The notes beneath the pieces were generated by a model. The model was given only the letters and a program-made list of their open reading frames with translations, ran no database searches and was not told the DNA's origin. The position numbers and the translations under genes were made by a program. A DNA stretch of 64,000 bases, from contig NIVC01002133.1 in the NCBI GenBank assembly GCA_002269645.1, positions 137,598 to 201,597 on the forward strand, given 5' to 3'. Shown here in pieces: positions 1 through 41,320 of this stretch. Source of the stretch: Macrostomum lignano (Eukaryota). Within the stretch, counting starts at the first letter, position 1, and every line of letters starts with the position of its first letter.

Positions 1-1117
1 GGTGGGGCAGTTTGATTGGCACACACTGGGCACAGGTGAGGCAGTTTGATTGGCACACACTGGCACATGTGGGGCAGTTTGATTGGCACACACTGGCACA
101 GGTGAGGCAGTTTGATTGGCACACACTGGCACAGGTGGGGCAGTTTGATTGGCACACACTGGACACAGGTGAGGCAGTTTGATTGGCACACACTGGCACA
201 GGTGGGGCAGTTTGATTGGCACACACTGGGCACAGGTGAGGCAGTTTGATTGGCACACACTGGCACAGGTGGGGCAGTTTGATTGGCACACACTGGCACA
301 GGTGGGGCAGTTTGATTGGCACACACTGGCACAGGTGGGGCAGTTTGATTGGCACACACTGGCACAGGTGGGGCAGTTTGATTGGCACACACTGGCACAG
401 GTGGGGCAGTTTGATTGGCACACACTGGGTACAGGTGGGGCAGTTTGATTGGCACACACTGGCACATGTGGGGCAGTTTGATTGGCACACACTGGGTATA
501 GGTGGGGCAGTTTAATTGGCACACACTGGCACAGGTGGGGCAGTTTGATTGGCACACACTGGCACAGGTGGGGCAGTTTGATTGGCACACACTGGGTACA
601 GGTGGGGCAGTTTAATTGGCACACACTGGCACAGGTGGGGCAGTTTGATTGGCACACACTGGCACAGGTGAGGCAGTTTGATTGGCACACACTGGCACAG
701 GTGGGGCAGTTTGATTGGCACACACTGGCACAGGTGGGGCAGTTTGATTGGCACACACTGGGTACAGATGGGGCAGTTTGATTGGCACACACTGGGCACA
801 GGTGGGGCAGTTTGATTGGCACACACTGGGTACAGATGGGGCAGTTTGATTGGCACACACTGGCACAGGTGAGGCAGTTTGATTGGCACACACTGGCACA
901 GGTGGGGCAGTTTGATTGGCACACACTGGGCACAGGTGGGGCAGTTTGATTGGCACACACTGGCACAGGTGGGGCAGTTTGATTGGCACACACTGGGTAC
1001 AGATGGGGCAGTTTGATTGGCACACACTGGGTACAGGTGGGGCAGTTTGATTAGCACACACTGGCACAGATGGGGCAGTTTGAATGGCGCACACTGGGTA
1101 CAGGTGGGGCAGTTTGA
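1..1117. repeat. 33-bp minisatellite (GGTGGGGCAGTTTGATTGGCACACACTGGCACA), about 33 copies, truncated by the window start
   Basis: The unit is directly visible, with 34-bp variants. It explains the HWHRWGSLIGT / AQVGQFDWHTL ORFs. Confidence 0.95.
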
Positions 1118-1151
1118 ACCTCTGGCCGTCAAGATATTCAACGATTCAGCC

Positions 1152-1393
1152 AGAAGGTCGGATTTTTCCTATAAGCGTCAGTGTATTCAGTACACCCCTG
1201 AGCGCCAATCAGCACTGCACTTCATTGCAGCCTTGCCAAACTTCTGAATTTCATCAGCACGTCGACCATATGAGTCTGCATCAGATCTGACTTCGTTGGT
1301 CACTGGTCTTCCCCGAGGCGTTGCGAAGTTCTCAAGTTTCGCTGATCAAGCCTCGACATTGGGCAAGACTCAACTGCTGGACATTCTCAGCTA
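1152..1393. mobile_element. Interspersed repeat fragment of unknown class; inverted homolog at 43916-44174
   Basis: Shares AGAAGGTCGGATTTTTCC, GCGCCAATCAGCACTGC, TTTCATCAGCACGTCGACCA and TCTGACTTCGTTGGTCACTGGTCTT with the reverse complement of 43916-44174. Confidence 0.6.
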
Positions 1394-2928
1394 GTTGTTC
1401 AAGACTTCTCGCTTTTCGGCTTCAAGCATCCTTCGGAAACCCCTTCTTCTGGTTTTTCATCTTCATCGCGACGTTCCCGAAGGAATGCCCCGAAATGGAA
1501 GCAGCTGACACTCCAACATGCCTAAAAGCCAGCCAGCATCTCCCCCCCTTTCCCAAAGCGTTAATCCATTCGGATTGGCCATGAAAGCGTGTCTCTCCCT
1601 CGTCCTGAGCCAAGCGAGTGTGCAATGGCCCGCACAGCCACCCCATCGCCAGACCCTCGGCTCAGCGCCCCCGCTGTGCCCGCAGCTGTACACTGCGCGC
1701 CAAGGAGGTCCAGAGCCAGAACCTGGTGAGTGCCCCGGCTCTTCCCTATTTTCAGACAACTATAGGCTGACTGCAGTTTTTGGTTTGCGCACTCAATTTA
1801 TAGAGCTTCGGTTGCGGTTAAACTGATTGAAGTTTATGACCGATTTAAAAAGCATTTGTCTTATCGCAGCACTTTTATGTCTAGCTTGATAATATAAAAT
1901 AGCGGTTTTCTAAACTTTTATTGATACTAGTCAGACGCCCATTCACCCTATCGCCTAGCAGCCCACAGTTGTCCGAAAAATGGAGTTCCCAAATCCAGGT
2001 CCTGGCTCTGGCGAGTCCTTGGCTGCGCACAGGACAGTGGAGCGGGCTGGCCTTACACACACCAGGAAGAGAGCGGATCTGCCCCTCTCCTCCGACTGTC
2101 TGTCTCACATTTCCCCAAAGAAAATCCCCGCTCCCGTACAGTGAGTGCACCGAGGGCCGCTTCAGAACTGGCAGAGGCAGCCATTCTTGCAAACTCCGCC
2201 ATCAAGGAAAGTTTAATTGACAGACTCAGCAGCCGCCTTAGCTCAAAGCCCAGCTGAGGAGTCCGGGTGAGTGCCCTCCATCTCCCTCTCCCTTCGAGGC
2301 GGATCAATGATATACTTGAATTAATAAAGCAAGGCACTGCCTTAGCTGTACAGCAACTGGCACGCACGGAGACATGCCTCTCCATTCAATAATGAAACTG
2401 TATTGTGCTCTTGTCAGCGGAGGCTGAGCAGATAAACTCATCAAGGCATCCCATTGTTTCCCGTTTTGGCAGCCTCCTCTTGTTCCTCGCTGCATCCCCA
2501 GCAGCCCTGATCACGGCCGGAGTAGCAGAAGCAGCCTCACAGCCAAAAGACGTATCCAATTTCCCTTTTAAAAAATTCCTCAGAAAATCTATCGCAAATT
2601 TTCCTATCCCAATCGCCGCCTCAAGCCGGGCAGCGGCGGCGAGCCGCACTCGGCTGAAACAACATCCCACAGGGGGGGGGATTGCAGACCTGAATAGGAG
2701 CCAAAGCCCTCAGCAGGCTGCTTATAGCACCGAGGAATAGGGAGGGAGACAAGGACATTCTGAGCGACTGTCGCCAGAGCTGCTCAGCTGCCGTCGAATC
2801 AACATCGACTTGGGCGGCCAAAAAAGCAGACATTCGCGGCCGGCTGCTGGGACCGACTTTAAATCTGCTGCCCTGCTCTGCTTTGTCATCTTTTTGCTTT
2901 TCTGCCGCTCTCAAAACTCAGAGCGAGC

Positions 2929-30549
<27,621 letters not shown>

Positions 30550-31394
30550 AACATTACTTATACAATTTAAATATTGCCGCTGAACCGCATCATTGTGTGC
30601 TTGGAACGTAGAGTGGAGCTCCGTTCTCCCAATCTTTAATTTGTTTTTTTTAAATTATTTATTTTGCCCAAAACGTTTTCCGCCCTCGCTTTTACGCGGT
30701 CTGAATATTTGATTCTCTCTCAAATTTCGCCTTCGCCTGCCTACCGTTTGCTGTGGTTTCACATTAATATCTCGTTGCCAGGATATGCCACGCTAACGTA
30801 CGCACACCGCTTACTCTTAGGCTAGCTATTCAGCATTCTTCAAGAAATTACTAAGTATATTGCTTGCTTGCGAACCTTCAAGTAGATGATCTTGAATTCT
30901 CGCCTTGCCCAGTCCGACCTGCTTTAGCGGTAATCCAAATATACAGCAAGCAGAGAGTTTGGCTGCTTCTGTTTTTGACTGACCAAGTGACTTTCCAGAT
31001 CTGACCAATCCACTGCCGTATGCTGCTGTGAAGGCGATGGAAAGATTAGTCACCGCCCTCGGGCCGTATTTGGCTTCCCCAAATCTGTGCAAAGCTTTGG
31101 AAGCCGACCGCAAACACCATTGGCAAATGGAGCGGCACTTCAGAGACTTAAAGACTTAATTACCATTAAAGAGTTTTGGCTTTAAGGGATTTAGGACATT
31201 AAGAGCTTCAATGGAACTTCGCAAAAACTGCCTAGAACACTTAAACTGGCGCTTCAATAATTTCATAAATTCTCCCTTGCATTGGGATTTGCTCTTGTTA
31301 GACTTTCATACCGTTGTTTTCAAATTGAAGAGAAGCTGAAGAGCTCAAAAGTACGGACTTAGTCAGTCTCGTTTCATTTCATTTCATTCATTTG

Positions 31395-31808
31395 GACCGT
31401 GTGAACCATGTGGACCGTGTTGGTCATGTGGACCGTGTGGTTCATGTGGACCGTGTAGGTCATGTGAACCATGTGGACCGTGTAGGTTATGTGAACCATG
31501 TGGACCGTGTAGGTCATGTGAACCATGTGGACCGTGTAGGTCATGTGAACCGTGTGGGTCACGTGGACAATGTGGGTCATGTGGACCGTTTAGGTCATGT
31601 GGACTGTGTGAACCATGTGGACCGGGTGGATCATGTGGACCGTGTGGATCATGCAGACCGTGTGGATCATGCAGACCGTGTGGGTCATGTGGACCATGTA
31701 GGTTATGTGGACCGTGTAGGTTATGTGAACCGTGTAGGTCATGTGGACTGTGTGAACCATGTGGACCGTGTGGGTCATGTGGACCGTGCGGGTCATGTGG
31801 ACCGTGCT
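31395..31808. repeat. 9/18-bp minisatellite (CATGTGGACCGTGTGGGT)
   Basis: Directly visible. Explains the DRVGHV ORF. Confidence 0.92.
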
Positions 31809-32590
31809 GACCAAGTGTTTCAACTTGGCCGCGAGGTCCATACGGAGCAATGGCCTCGTAGAAAGCGCAAAGTCACTCGAGCCCCTCGTGAACCATACGG
31901 AAGCTCACGGAGCCCACGGTCAGTAGAGCGTCTATATCGAACGGCGTGGTGCCCGTTTTATACCCAGCTCTACGAGTTACAGTTTGTCGCGTTGCAGGTT
32001 TCGGAATGCGTACCCGCTTCCATCCTGGTAGAATGCTGGTCTGATCACGGCCGAATTCGGGTGGACCGAGGTCACGGCTGTCTCTTCCATTCCAGTTTCT
32101 TGTCCGGACGATTTCGAGCACCGCTCAGGTTACCGTCCGGTTCAATTTCAGATGCAAAGATACGGACCGGATTATTTCGAATGTGTCGTCGGTTAGAAAA
32201 TCCTGAGCATCGTTGCCGTCTCTGAGAGCCCGGCCCTCTTCGCCCTCTTGGCCCACATTTATACGTGTATTCATCATTATAAGTGTGCTCCAGAAGTGTG
32301 CCAGCCATTGAGATACTGTTGCTGAAAAGTTTTTTTTAAAAATAACAAAAAATAGTTTTCTAAAGCTGCTTTAACTAAGGTATATTGGATCGAAGATTGA
32401 CATTGTGGCGGTTAAACCATTGCGGGTTAATGCATCGCGGACAAGCATTTTTGACAGTTCTGTAAAAACCATATACACGCGTACGGAGCAGCTGGAAAAT
32501 GATGTTTGTGAGTTTTTGATGCATGCAGCACTCAGCGTACGGTACAATGAAAATGCACGTTTCTGTCGCCTGCTTGACGGCGACCCCCAG

Positions 32591-34147
32591 CTAGACATGA
32601 CCGCCGCCGCGGAAGCCGCGACTTCTTTGAACCAGCGGCGACGCAACAGCTCTGCGCAGCGGCAGTGGGGGCGGGGGAGGCGACGGCGGAGGCGGCGGGA
32701 GCGGCGGCAGCAGAGACGGTAGCAGCGGCGCGTCGCTTACTCGAGGCTGCGGCTCCTGCGGCATCTGGCCAGTGCGCACGTAGCAATAGATGTCCTCCAC
32801 CTCGTCCAGCAGCTCGTGGATGTTTGCCCCGGGCGGCGAGACTGGAGTCAGCGGCATTGGCGGCGGTGACACCGGAGTGAGCGGAAGCTGCGGCAGCGGT
32901 ACGGGCGGCGGTGGTGGCTGCGGGGGCGACTGCAGCTTGTCGGTGGATTCGGCCAGCCGCTCTGTGAGGTGCCGCAGGGAGCCCGCCGGGTGGCACGCGC
33001 GAAGGAACTGCTCGGAGCGTGTCCAGTGACGCTGCAGCTGTCGCCGGTGCCGCCGCAGGCTCGGTGGGCCCGCACAGAACGCGTGACCTCCATCCAGCAT
33101 CTCTGGCGTCACAACCAGCAGCCGGTCGGGGTCGGACAGGCTGGCGAAGAACAGCAGGCGGCCCTGGGCGAGCCCGCTAAGACGTAAGCCGCGCCTTCCT
33201 CCGGTTGGCAGCCAGGGCAGCGGTGGCCGGCCCGGCGGCACCGGACGAACGCTCAGTGGCAGCCGAAGGCGGTCCAGCAGGGAGCGCAGTTGCTGAACTC
33301 CAGAGATTCCGTCCGGCCCGGCCACCGGGCTGGCGCTGCAGCGGTCCGCGAGGCTCAGATAAACCGGCCGCCCGCCGCTGCGAATGTCGAGGCACTTCAG
33401 CATTGCCAGCTGGCGGCAGCCTCCCCGCTTCCTGACCGAATAGCGGCCGCTCTCCACGCAGGTCAGCACCGTGCCAGCCCGCAGCAGGCCGCCTGGCTCA
33501 ACCCACTCGGTGCCACTTCCGCCACCACCGCCGCTGCTGCTGCCGCCACCGCTGCCGCTGGCTCCGCTATCAGCATCTCCTCCGCCACCGCCGCCGCTGC
33601 AACCGAGCCAGCACTTCTGATCGCGACGGAGGAACAGCGACTTTGGCGCCGCTTTCGCCGCCTCCTTGACGCTTGTCCAGGACGGAGCGGCGTCCCCGCT
33701 CTCGTTGAGCAGCTCCAGCCAGGCCTGGTGCCGGTCGGTCATGGCCAGCTGCACGCCGCCCTCCTGCTCGCGGGCCGCGCCCCGGCCCAGCTTGATCCAG
33801 GAGCCCGTCACCAGTCGGACGTCGGACACGGCTCTCAGCATGAGCGGTTCCTGGTTGCTGAGACCGCATGGGCAGCGGTCCCGCTGGCAGCGGATGCTCA
33901 CAAGGAGGCCGCCGCCGACAACGCCGCTACCGCTTTGAGATTCCGAGGCCGGCTCTGCGGAAGCCGCTTCTGCCTCTGGCCCGGCCTCCAGCTCCGCTTC
34001 GAGCTCCGCCGCAGCAGCCGACGCAATTTCAATCAGCTGCGAGGCACTGTCCGCCTCTCGTTGCCAAGACATCGGAGGATGCTCAGGCACCTGCGCTTTG
34101 GAGCCCCTGGCGCCGCCGGCCACCGGAGTCCCCTTTGTCGACGGCAT
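32591..34147 (-). CDS. CABIT-domain adaptor-like protein (GAREM/THEMIS/Serrano-like), single 518-aa ORF
   Basis: Motif series resembles CABIT: AWLELL, SVKEAAKAAP..LFLR, LRAGTVLT, LKCLD...VYLSL...SPVA, LRSLL..LRLPLSVR.V.GRPP. It is followed by a Pro-rich tail and an EVEDIYCYVR tyrosine motif. GC-rich open frame. Assignment is from recalled motifs. Confidence 0.65.
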   Translation of the reverse strand: MPSTKGTPVAGGARGSKAQVPEHPPMSWQREADSASQLIEIASAAAAELEAELEAGPEAEAASAEPASESQSGSGVVGGGLLVSIRCQRDRCPCGLSNQEPLMLRAVSDVRLVTGSWIKLGRGAAREQEGGVQLAMTDRHQAWLELLNESGDAAPSWTSVKEAAKAAPKSLFLRRDQKCWLGCSGGGGGGDADSGASGSGGGSSSGGGGGSGTEWVEPGGLLRAGTVLTCVESGRYSVRKRGGCRQLAMLKCLDIRSGGRPVYLSLADRCSASPVAGPDGISGVQQLRSLLDRLRLPLSVRPVPPGRPPLPWLPTGGRRGLRLSGLAQGRLLFFASLSDPDRLLVVTPEMLDGGHAFCAGPPSLRRHRRQLQRHWTRSEQFLRACHPAGSLRHLTERLAESTDKLQSPPQPPPPPVPLPQLPLTPVSPPPMPLTPVSPPGANIHELLDEVEDIYCYVRTGQMPQEPQPRVSDAPLLPSLLPPLPPPPPSPPPPPLPLRRAVASPLVQRSRGFRGGGHV

Positions 34148-35794
34148 TCAGGGCCGTCCAGCTGATTGCAGAATTCAATCGGGCTTTGCAGTTCGATCAG
34201 CTTCAGACAGCGGCAGAGAATTGAAAGATCTGAACAGTTGCTGCGCGCAACCGCTTTTTATTTGGGACTGGGCGATAGGGGAAAGCGTTTCTGCCAGCTT
34301 GGAGGCAAGAGCCGAGGTATGGGCGGGACAAGTGGCGGGGGGCGGGTGGTAAAAAAATTTGCCCCCCCCCATGTGTGCAGGACGGAATGAAGGCTGGGGT
34401 CGATGTGAAGCCTCCAGTTTCTGTTCGCAGGCGCCAGGGGTGATTGGAGGTCAGGGACGCCTGCTGTCACAGGGAGGTTTTCACGGTAGAGTAAAAAAAA
34501 CAGCCGCCCCTGATTGGCTGCTCAGTCCTGCTGGAACTTTTTTCTCGACTTTGGTGACTCATCGCTGGGCAGCGCAGGCAGCTGCAATGTCCTTGTGGTG
34601 TCTGCCAGACAGAAATTCGCCGGAGACATTAAAGTGGCTGCGCAAGAAGAATACGAGCGTAATAAAAACCTCGAGCGCAGGGGAAAAACGCTCGGGCGAG
34701 CGTTCGAAGCGATCAAGCATTTCCATGTGCGCTGTTCCGGCCTGCCTCCCCCCCCCGTGTTTGATCCGGTGCTTCTCTTGGCACGCTGGAACCCGCGGTG
34801 CGGCCTTGGGCTGGCGGGTGTGCCGGCCGGGTGGGCGGCCATGGGAGGCGGATACAAAACTGCATGCACCAAATGGCATGGACGTGCAAGTGCAGGAGAG
34901 GCTGCAGAGGAGAGAGGAAGGGAGGGAGGGAGGGGGCCTGTGTCCGGATCCCGGCTACAGAAGCCAAACTGTTCGATGTTGAAGCAGGCTGCTGGTGTTC
35001 TCCTAAAAACTAACCGGAGAATTTTCCCAAGCTTAACAGAGAGCGAGAGGCTCTCGGTCCAGCGGGCAAGCCAGAGAAAGAGAGGGGAAGCAGAATGCCA
35101 GTCAGCTTGGACTGCTTTACCTCATTGCTTTACCCTTCTGGATACTGTAAGCAAAGTGTGCCGAAGGCAGATGAAGTTGTCAGGGACAAACTTCAAACTT
35201 TCTTGCTCTGTTTGGAGAGATAAATCAAAAATCGACAACCGCGGAGTGCTGGCGGCCCAGCAGCAGCATTTGGCATGTGGGCGTGTAATTTTTGTGACTA
35301 AAATGCTAGTAGAGTCATAATAACGGCAAAAGCGGTTTTCATAGATTCGGAAGCCGCTGGTTATGATATCTAAAGACGGAATTTTCCTTCTTGTCCAACT
35401 GAACTTTTCCGCAGTCACCTCACGGCCGGCCGGAGAAGAATCGCGTCATTATCGCCTTTTTTCGACTTTCCTCCTTTAATTGCTTCGCACTCTGGCGGGC
35501 GCCTCTGTCGTGTTTGTCTACTGTCTGGCCAACTAAACATTCTGTTCTATCTTTCCTCTGTGCAGTAGTCCGGTAGGCAGCGAGTGCCGATGTCTTTATT
35601 TACTTCGTTCATGGGTGGCCGAGAAAGGAGAGCTGGAGGCCCCTGACAAATTAATGCAGCCTCTTCTTGGATTCTATCCCGATTTCTCATCTTTCGCTTC
35701 ATTTACCCTCTCCACAGTTGCTTCTGCTGTCTCCCTTGCGTCTTGCTCTCGCGAGAAAACACCCATATTTCCACATTAGCTTTGTGGACGGCCT

Positions 35795-36745
<951 letters not shown>

Positions 36746-37014
36746 TGACTACCTTATTAATTAACAAACTCAGAAAATATATTGTTATTATATATTTCGT
36801 GGCGGCTTCCTATCTATCTTAATCCCAAATCACGCTTCGATGTGCATCTTTTCTTGATTTTGACTCTCGAGTCCGTTTTTAGCATGAATAAAATAAAATT
36901 TGAAGCCTCCTACTCAAAGTAGGTGGTCTGTAGGAGAAGCTAGCTTTGCCTCCCTCCGGACCGCCGGTGAGGAAAAAACTCGTTCGATAGATGGCACCAA
37001 TATATTAACAATTA

Positions 37015-37321
37015 ATTAATAATAATTCATTTCACCTGCCCCACTTGGGCCAGATGCGCAACCGACAGCTCAGCCGCAGGTATTGCGCGGCGCATCTGAA
37101 GGCTGCGTACGGCTGTTCAGTTCAAGGACTGGGGGGGGGTCGCCACACACACCCTCAATTACCCCAGCTAATGCTGCCATCCATTTTATAGCTGGGTGGA
37201 CTGAAGCAACACGGAGTTAAGTGTCTTGCTCAAGGACAAAAATTTTCCAGTGAAATCGCGAATCGAACCCCCGACCTTCAAGTCGTGAGACCGATGCTCT
37301 CACCACAAGGCTACAAACCCC
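37015..37321 (-). mobile_element. tRNA-headed CORE-domain SINE, copy 2
   Basis: The reverse complement has GTAGCCTTGTGG, GGTTCGATTC and GTCCTTGAGCAAGACACTTAACTC...CACCCAGCTATAAAATGG, and shares the 3' body CAGCCTTCAGATGCGCCGCGCAATA with copy 1. Confidence 0.82.
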
Positions 37322-38522
37322 TTTTATCAGTGATTTATTGATATCTGAGTTTGAGCTCCGTCTCTCAAATCCCGGCTTCTTTGACTGCTTTGAGGTATTC
37401 GGATTTACTGGTCGATAGAATTGCCGACCGAGGGACAGCGCCAGAGATCAAAGTCGACCAAAGCTTGGCTCTTTTTTCACTGAACGTGTCTTCATTGCTG
37501 TGGGTGTCCTCTGCATGCGTTTTGGGCGTGGTCGGCCTTGCTGACAAGCCTAAAGAGCAGCAGATGCCGCAGCTCTCAGCTATCTCTCTCCTCTCTCTCT
37601 CCCTCTGTCTCTCCCCCCTCTCTCTACTACTATCTAGTACTACCAAGTCAAGCCTCACGCCTCATATTAGCCCTGAGGAAGAAACTAAATTACTCGTATT
37701 CGAAATATCACTGACGCGTCGTTTGTCAAATGAGAGAAGCGATTTTCACGATTTCAACGCTAGAGAAAACAGACACGATATATTGCGACCGCGATAGTGA
37801 CAATATTGGGGCGTCGGCTTGCGCGCACAGAGAGTATAAAATAAATAACGTGCATAAAGCGAATGCGTACAGTTCTGGTATAAGATACAATTGGCTCATG
37901 AGTAAATAAATGCTTGTAAATCAATAACTCAAGAGTCTAAATTCATAGATTGACATGCCGCCTCAATCACTTTGCTTTAACATCTGCGTTATCGCATCAG
38001 TGCTTTGGGATTTGAGAACTCTTCCCTCTACCCTCTCGCTCTCTTGAGGATCCACCTCAGTAAGCCAGAGGGCAGAGGACCCAAAGAGCGTCCTCGTTTC
38101 AAGAATGTGTGCCTACGTACGCATCCGTGTGCTCAGTGGTGAGAATCTTGTCTCCTCACTGGCTGCCGGTCGACTATCGCCTTGAATTGAGGTCGTACGC
38201 AAAGGCCTTTGAAAATGATTAGCTCCTGTGCTCAGGGTGCTGATTCACTGCATAAGAAATAAGAAATAATTGAAATAGCGTCGTTATTAAAATGACAGAT
38301 GAAGTTGCACGAGGTACCCACTGGACACCAACTGAAGCGAGAATCGTGAATCGTTCTCAAGCTGCAGCAGTGCATGCGCCCCTGACCCAGTGAGCATTCT
38401 CATTGGCTACAACGGACTGCCAATCCACTCCATCCTGCTGCTAAAAATTGCACTCAGTGCAGGGCGAATTCGCACTGATTGCCAAGTCCCATTTCAAATC
38501 TCAGACATCCGCAATTCGAGCA

Positions 38523-39288
38523 ATGGCGTCAGACGAAGAGCTGCTGATGGCCTTCAGGGCCATTGACAAGGGTAACACGGGTGTCATCAGTGCAGATGAG
38601 CTGAGAGCCTTCCTATACAAGAAGCGTTACAACGAACTGTTTGTTCAGGTGAGAAAGAAGCTTCAATTTACTTGCTACCCTTACCTGTAGACATGTTGGT
38701 AAATTTGACTTGCATGATTTGACAGAAATATTTGCGACTATTCGACCGCAACCACGACGGCAAGATCACTCTGGAGGAATATCAGAACACACTGAACGAG
38801 ATACCCAGAGCGCAGAGGCAGTAAGTGTCATGGGGTTCGTAGCTTGCTTTCAGACTATGGCCATTAAGGGGATTCTTCTGCAAAGCAACCGGGCAGAAGG
38901 TGGACTTCTACGGATCTATTTACTGATAAAGGGCAGTGTACCTTGAAAAAACTAAACTACAAGGCTAGGATTGATATTATTCTATCTGTTCAACATTTAC
39001 CGAGGTTCACAAGCCAGTTGCAACACTAAATCCCCTTTCCCTGCCACCTACGGAGCAATAGTATTCAGGTACAGCCAGTGGCGCCAACTGTTCGAGAGCA
39101 TCGACAAGGATGGCAACGGCTTCATCACTAAGAACGAGCTGCAGGCAGCCGTGCATGAGATGGGTGCCGGCTCTCTGTTTCATATGCGCGACTTCGACCG
39201 CTTCTTTGAGCAGGGCGACTCGGATCGCGACGGTCGGATGAACTATCGCGAGTTCCTGGAGTGGATGAACAAGTCGCAGACGGCCTGA
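38523..39288 (+). CDS. Four-EF-hand calcium-binding protein, 146 aa (calmodulin-like; resembles flatworm 16-kDa SME16), paralog 1
   Basis: Exons 38523-38648, 38726-38820, 39069-39288. EF loops DKGNTGVISADE, DRNHDGKITLEE, DKDGNGFITKNE, DSDRDGRMNYRE. Confidence 0.9.
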
Positions 39289-41320
39289 CAGCGGCAGCCG
39301 AGGAGTAGCAATTCGCGCGTGATGCGACGCCCGACCACGAGCGTAGTTGATTAGAATCTGCACCTGCACAGAGTCACAGTCTTATTAGTCGTGTCTTGCT
39401 ATGAATACTCTTAAAAATGCACCCAGGACAACTAAACTAGAAGGACGAAGTACACAGACAATCGTATGACTTCGTGTGAAAAGCTTCCGCTTCACAACTC
39501 GAGGTGTAGCCAAAAAGTAACGAGAATTGATCGGGGGGCCTCATACATCACGAGTTTGTGACACAAGGGGCAAACTGTGAATCAGCACTTTCATCGTGAA
39601 GTCCCAGCAAAATTTATGATGACGATGCGGCGGGTTCGACAGCAACAGGGGGAGAAAGTTTGGAAAATATTATTTAAGACCGGCCAAAACAGACTGCTGT
39701 TGAATTCTTTAAACGGATTTAGCAAAAATTTGCTAGATTGGCTTGGTTTCCGGTCTCCGGTAGCACTCGTAGTTTAACAAAACACCAACTTGCTTCATAG
39801 GAAATTCTTAAGTCCTGGTGGTAAGATATTGTCAATTTGTCAAATCAAACGATTTCCTTCTACTTTAGCTGTCCATGAAGTGCATCTTATCAGCAATAAA
39901 TTTTTGCAAATCGTCCATACTACACGCGTACTGCACTGCACTGAAAGTCAACTTCGAGAGTAAAGTACGAGCGAGTGCCACAGAATTAATTTTGTTTAAA
40001 TAAACCAAGTATTGAGCAAAACGCAGCAGAAACGAGTTTTTGATTAACAGAAAAGTTTACTACTGAAGTCTCTGGCTTCAATTGTCTGTCACTGTACTCG
40101 ACGCAAAGCAGCATGCAATTACAGTTGTCCTTGTTCTGAGCTGGACTGATGAAACTAAGAGAATTTTCATGAGAATTTTCATGACATTTAAATTAATAAG
40201 TTTACAAAACCAACATTGCATCAAGCTCGTGCTGGCGAAGTCCCAGAGGACTTTGCACGCAAAAATATTTTCGGAAACTATTCTAAGAAATCTCATTTTG
40301 AATTGAACTTGTGCTTATCGAATTCCGTTACAATTTGGTTCCGAATAGGAAATGTTTGATCTGGACTTCCGAGTTGCTACTTGATCAAGTAGGCGCTTTG
40401 TCCGAGGTTCGCTCACCTTATTGTCGAGCTGTGACTCGCACTTTTTACTACCGGAAATGTCACTGGAGATTGGAAAGCAAGCAATGCTCCGGCTAAATCT
40501 CAGTTCTCCTACCTGCTTAGTTGTGTTGCTATAGCCCAATTCTACTCGCGACCGAGTTTTGTCTATGGTAAAAATACGTCGTAATATGACAATCAATGTC
40601 AAATCTTTGCAAAATCCATTCCGAGAGCGTTTTTCCGGTCTTCAATAATTGTTTTGCTGCGCAACCTGTGACCCACTCTTGGACTAGACCGCGTACTTCC
40701 TCTTCGATTTTGCGATTTAGTGCTAACGAATGGGAAACTTGAGAATTACCGGCCTACTAACTTAGTGTGATTGAGACTCCATGAGACTTCCTTGTCGAGC
40801 AAAACAAAATATGACCAGGTTGCTTGATTTAGTGAGGCATGAAAATGGTCTCAAATTATTTTCCAGCTTGCTACTCGTAGACATCTAGACAAGCGAGTGT
40901 TTGATGCTACACCACAAAGCCTTTTTGCTTGGACGAACAGCAACGCAAGCTTGAGGTCGATGCGTCGCTTCACCTCACTGCGTTTTAAGAAAAAAATTCT
41001 GCCATATTGATTGACTCCTGGATTCACAACGGCTTTGAGCAACTCGATGGGATATTTTAACAGAAATTGACATCAAAAGGTTGCTGCCAGCTGTCCGTTC
41101 GATCCGAATCGAATCCAAACCGAATCGCCCTGCCGCCTTTGAGCCGCCGCGTCAGTCGAGTTTCCCGTTCTGACTGATAATTGATTGTTTTGGGAGGAGC
41201 CGGCGCCGCTCCGTCGGCCTTAAATCCCAATCACCCTGCGTGTTGCGCTTCCCAAACCGCTATCCTTAGCCGAGAGCCGAGTCTGTGAATCCCCAGACTG
41301 GAGTTCCTTATCGCAGTGAC

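Noticed and set aside
30826-32308. Minus-strand ORFs of 78-95 aa downstream of the CABIT gene
   Set aside because: No recognisable motifs and no consistent splice connection. Possibly decayed TE sequence.
34359-35320. Plus-strand ORFs of 207 and 268 aa
   Set aside because: GC-rich region upstream of the CABIT gene with overlapping ORFs in several frames and no domain signal.
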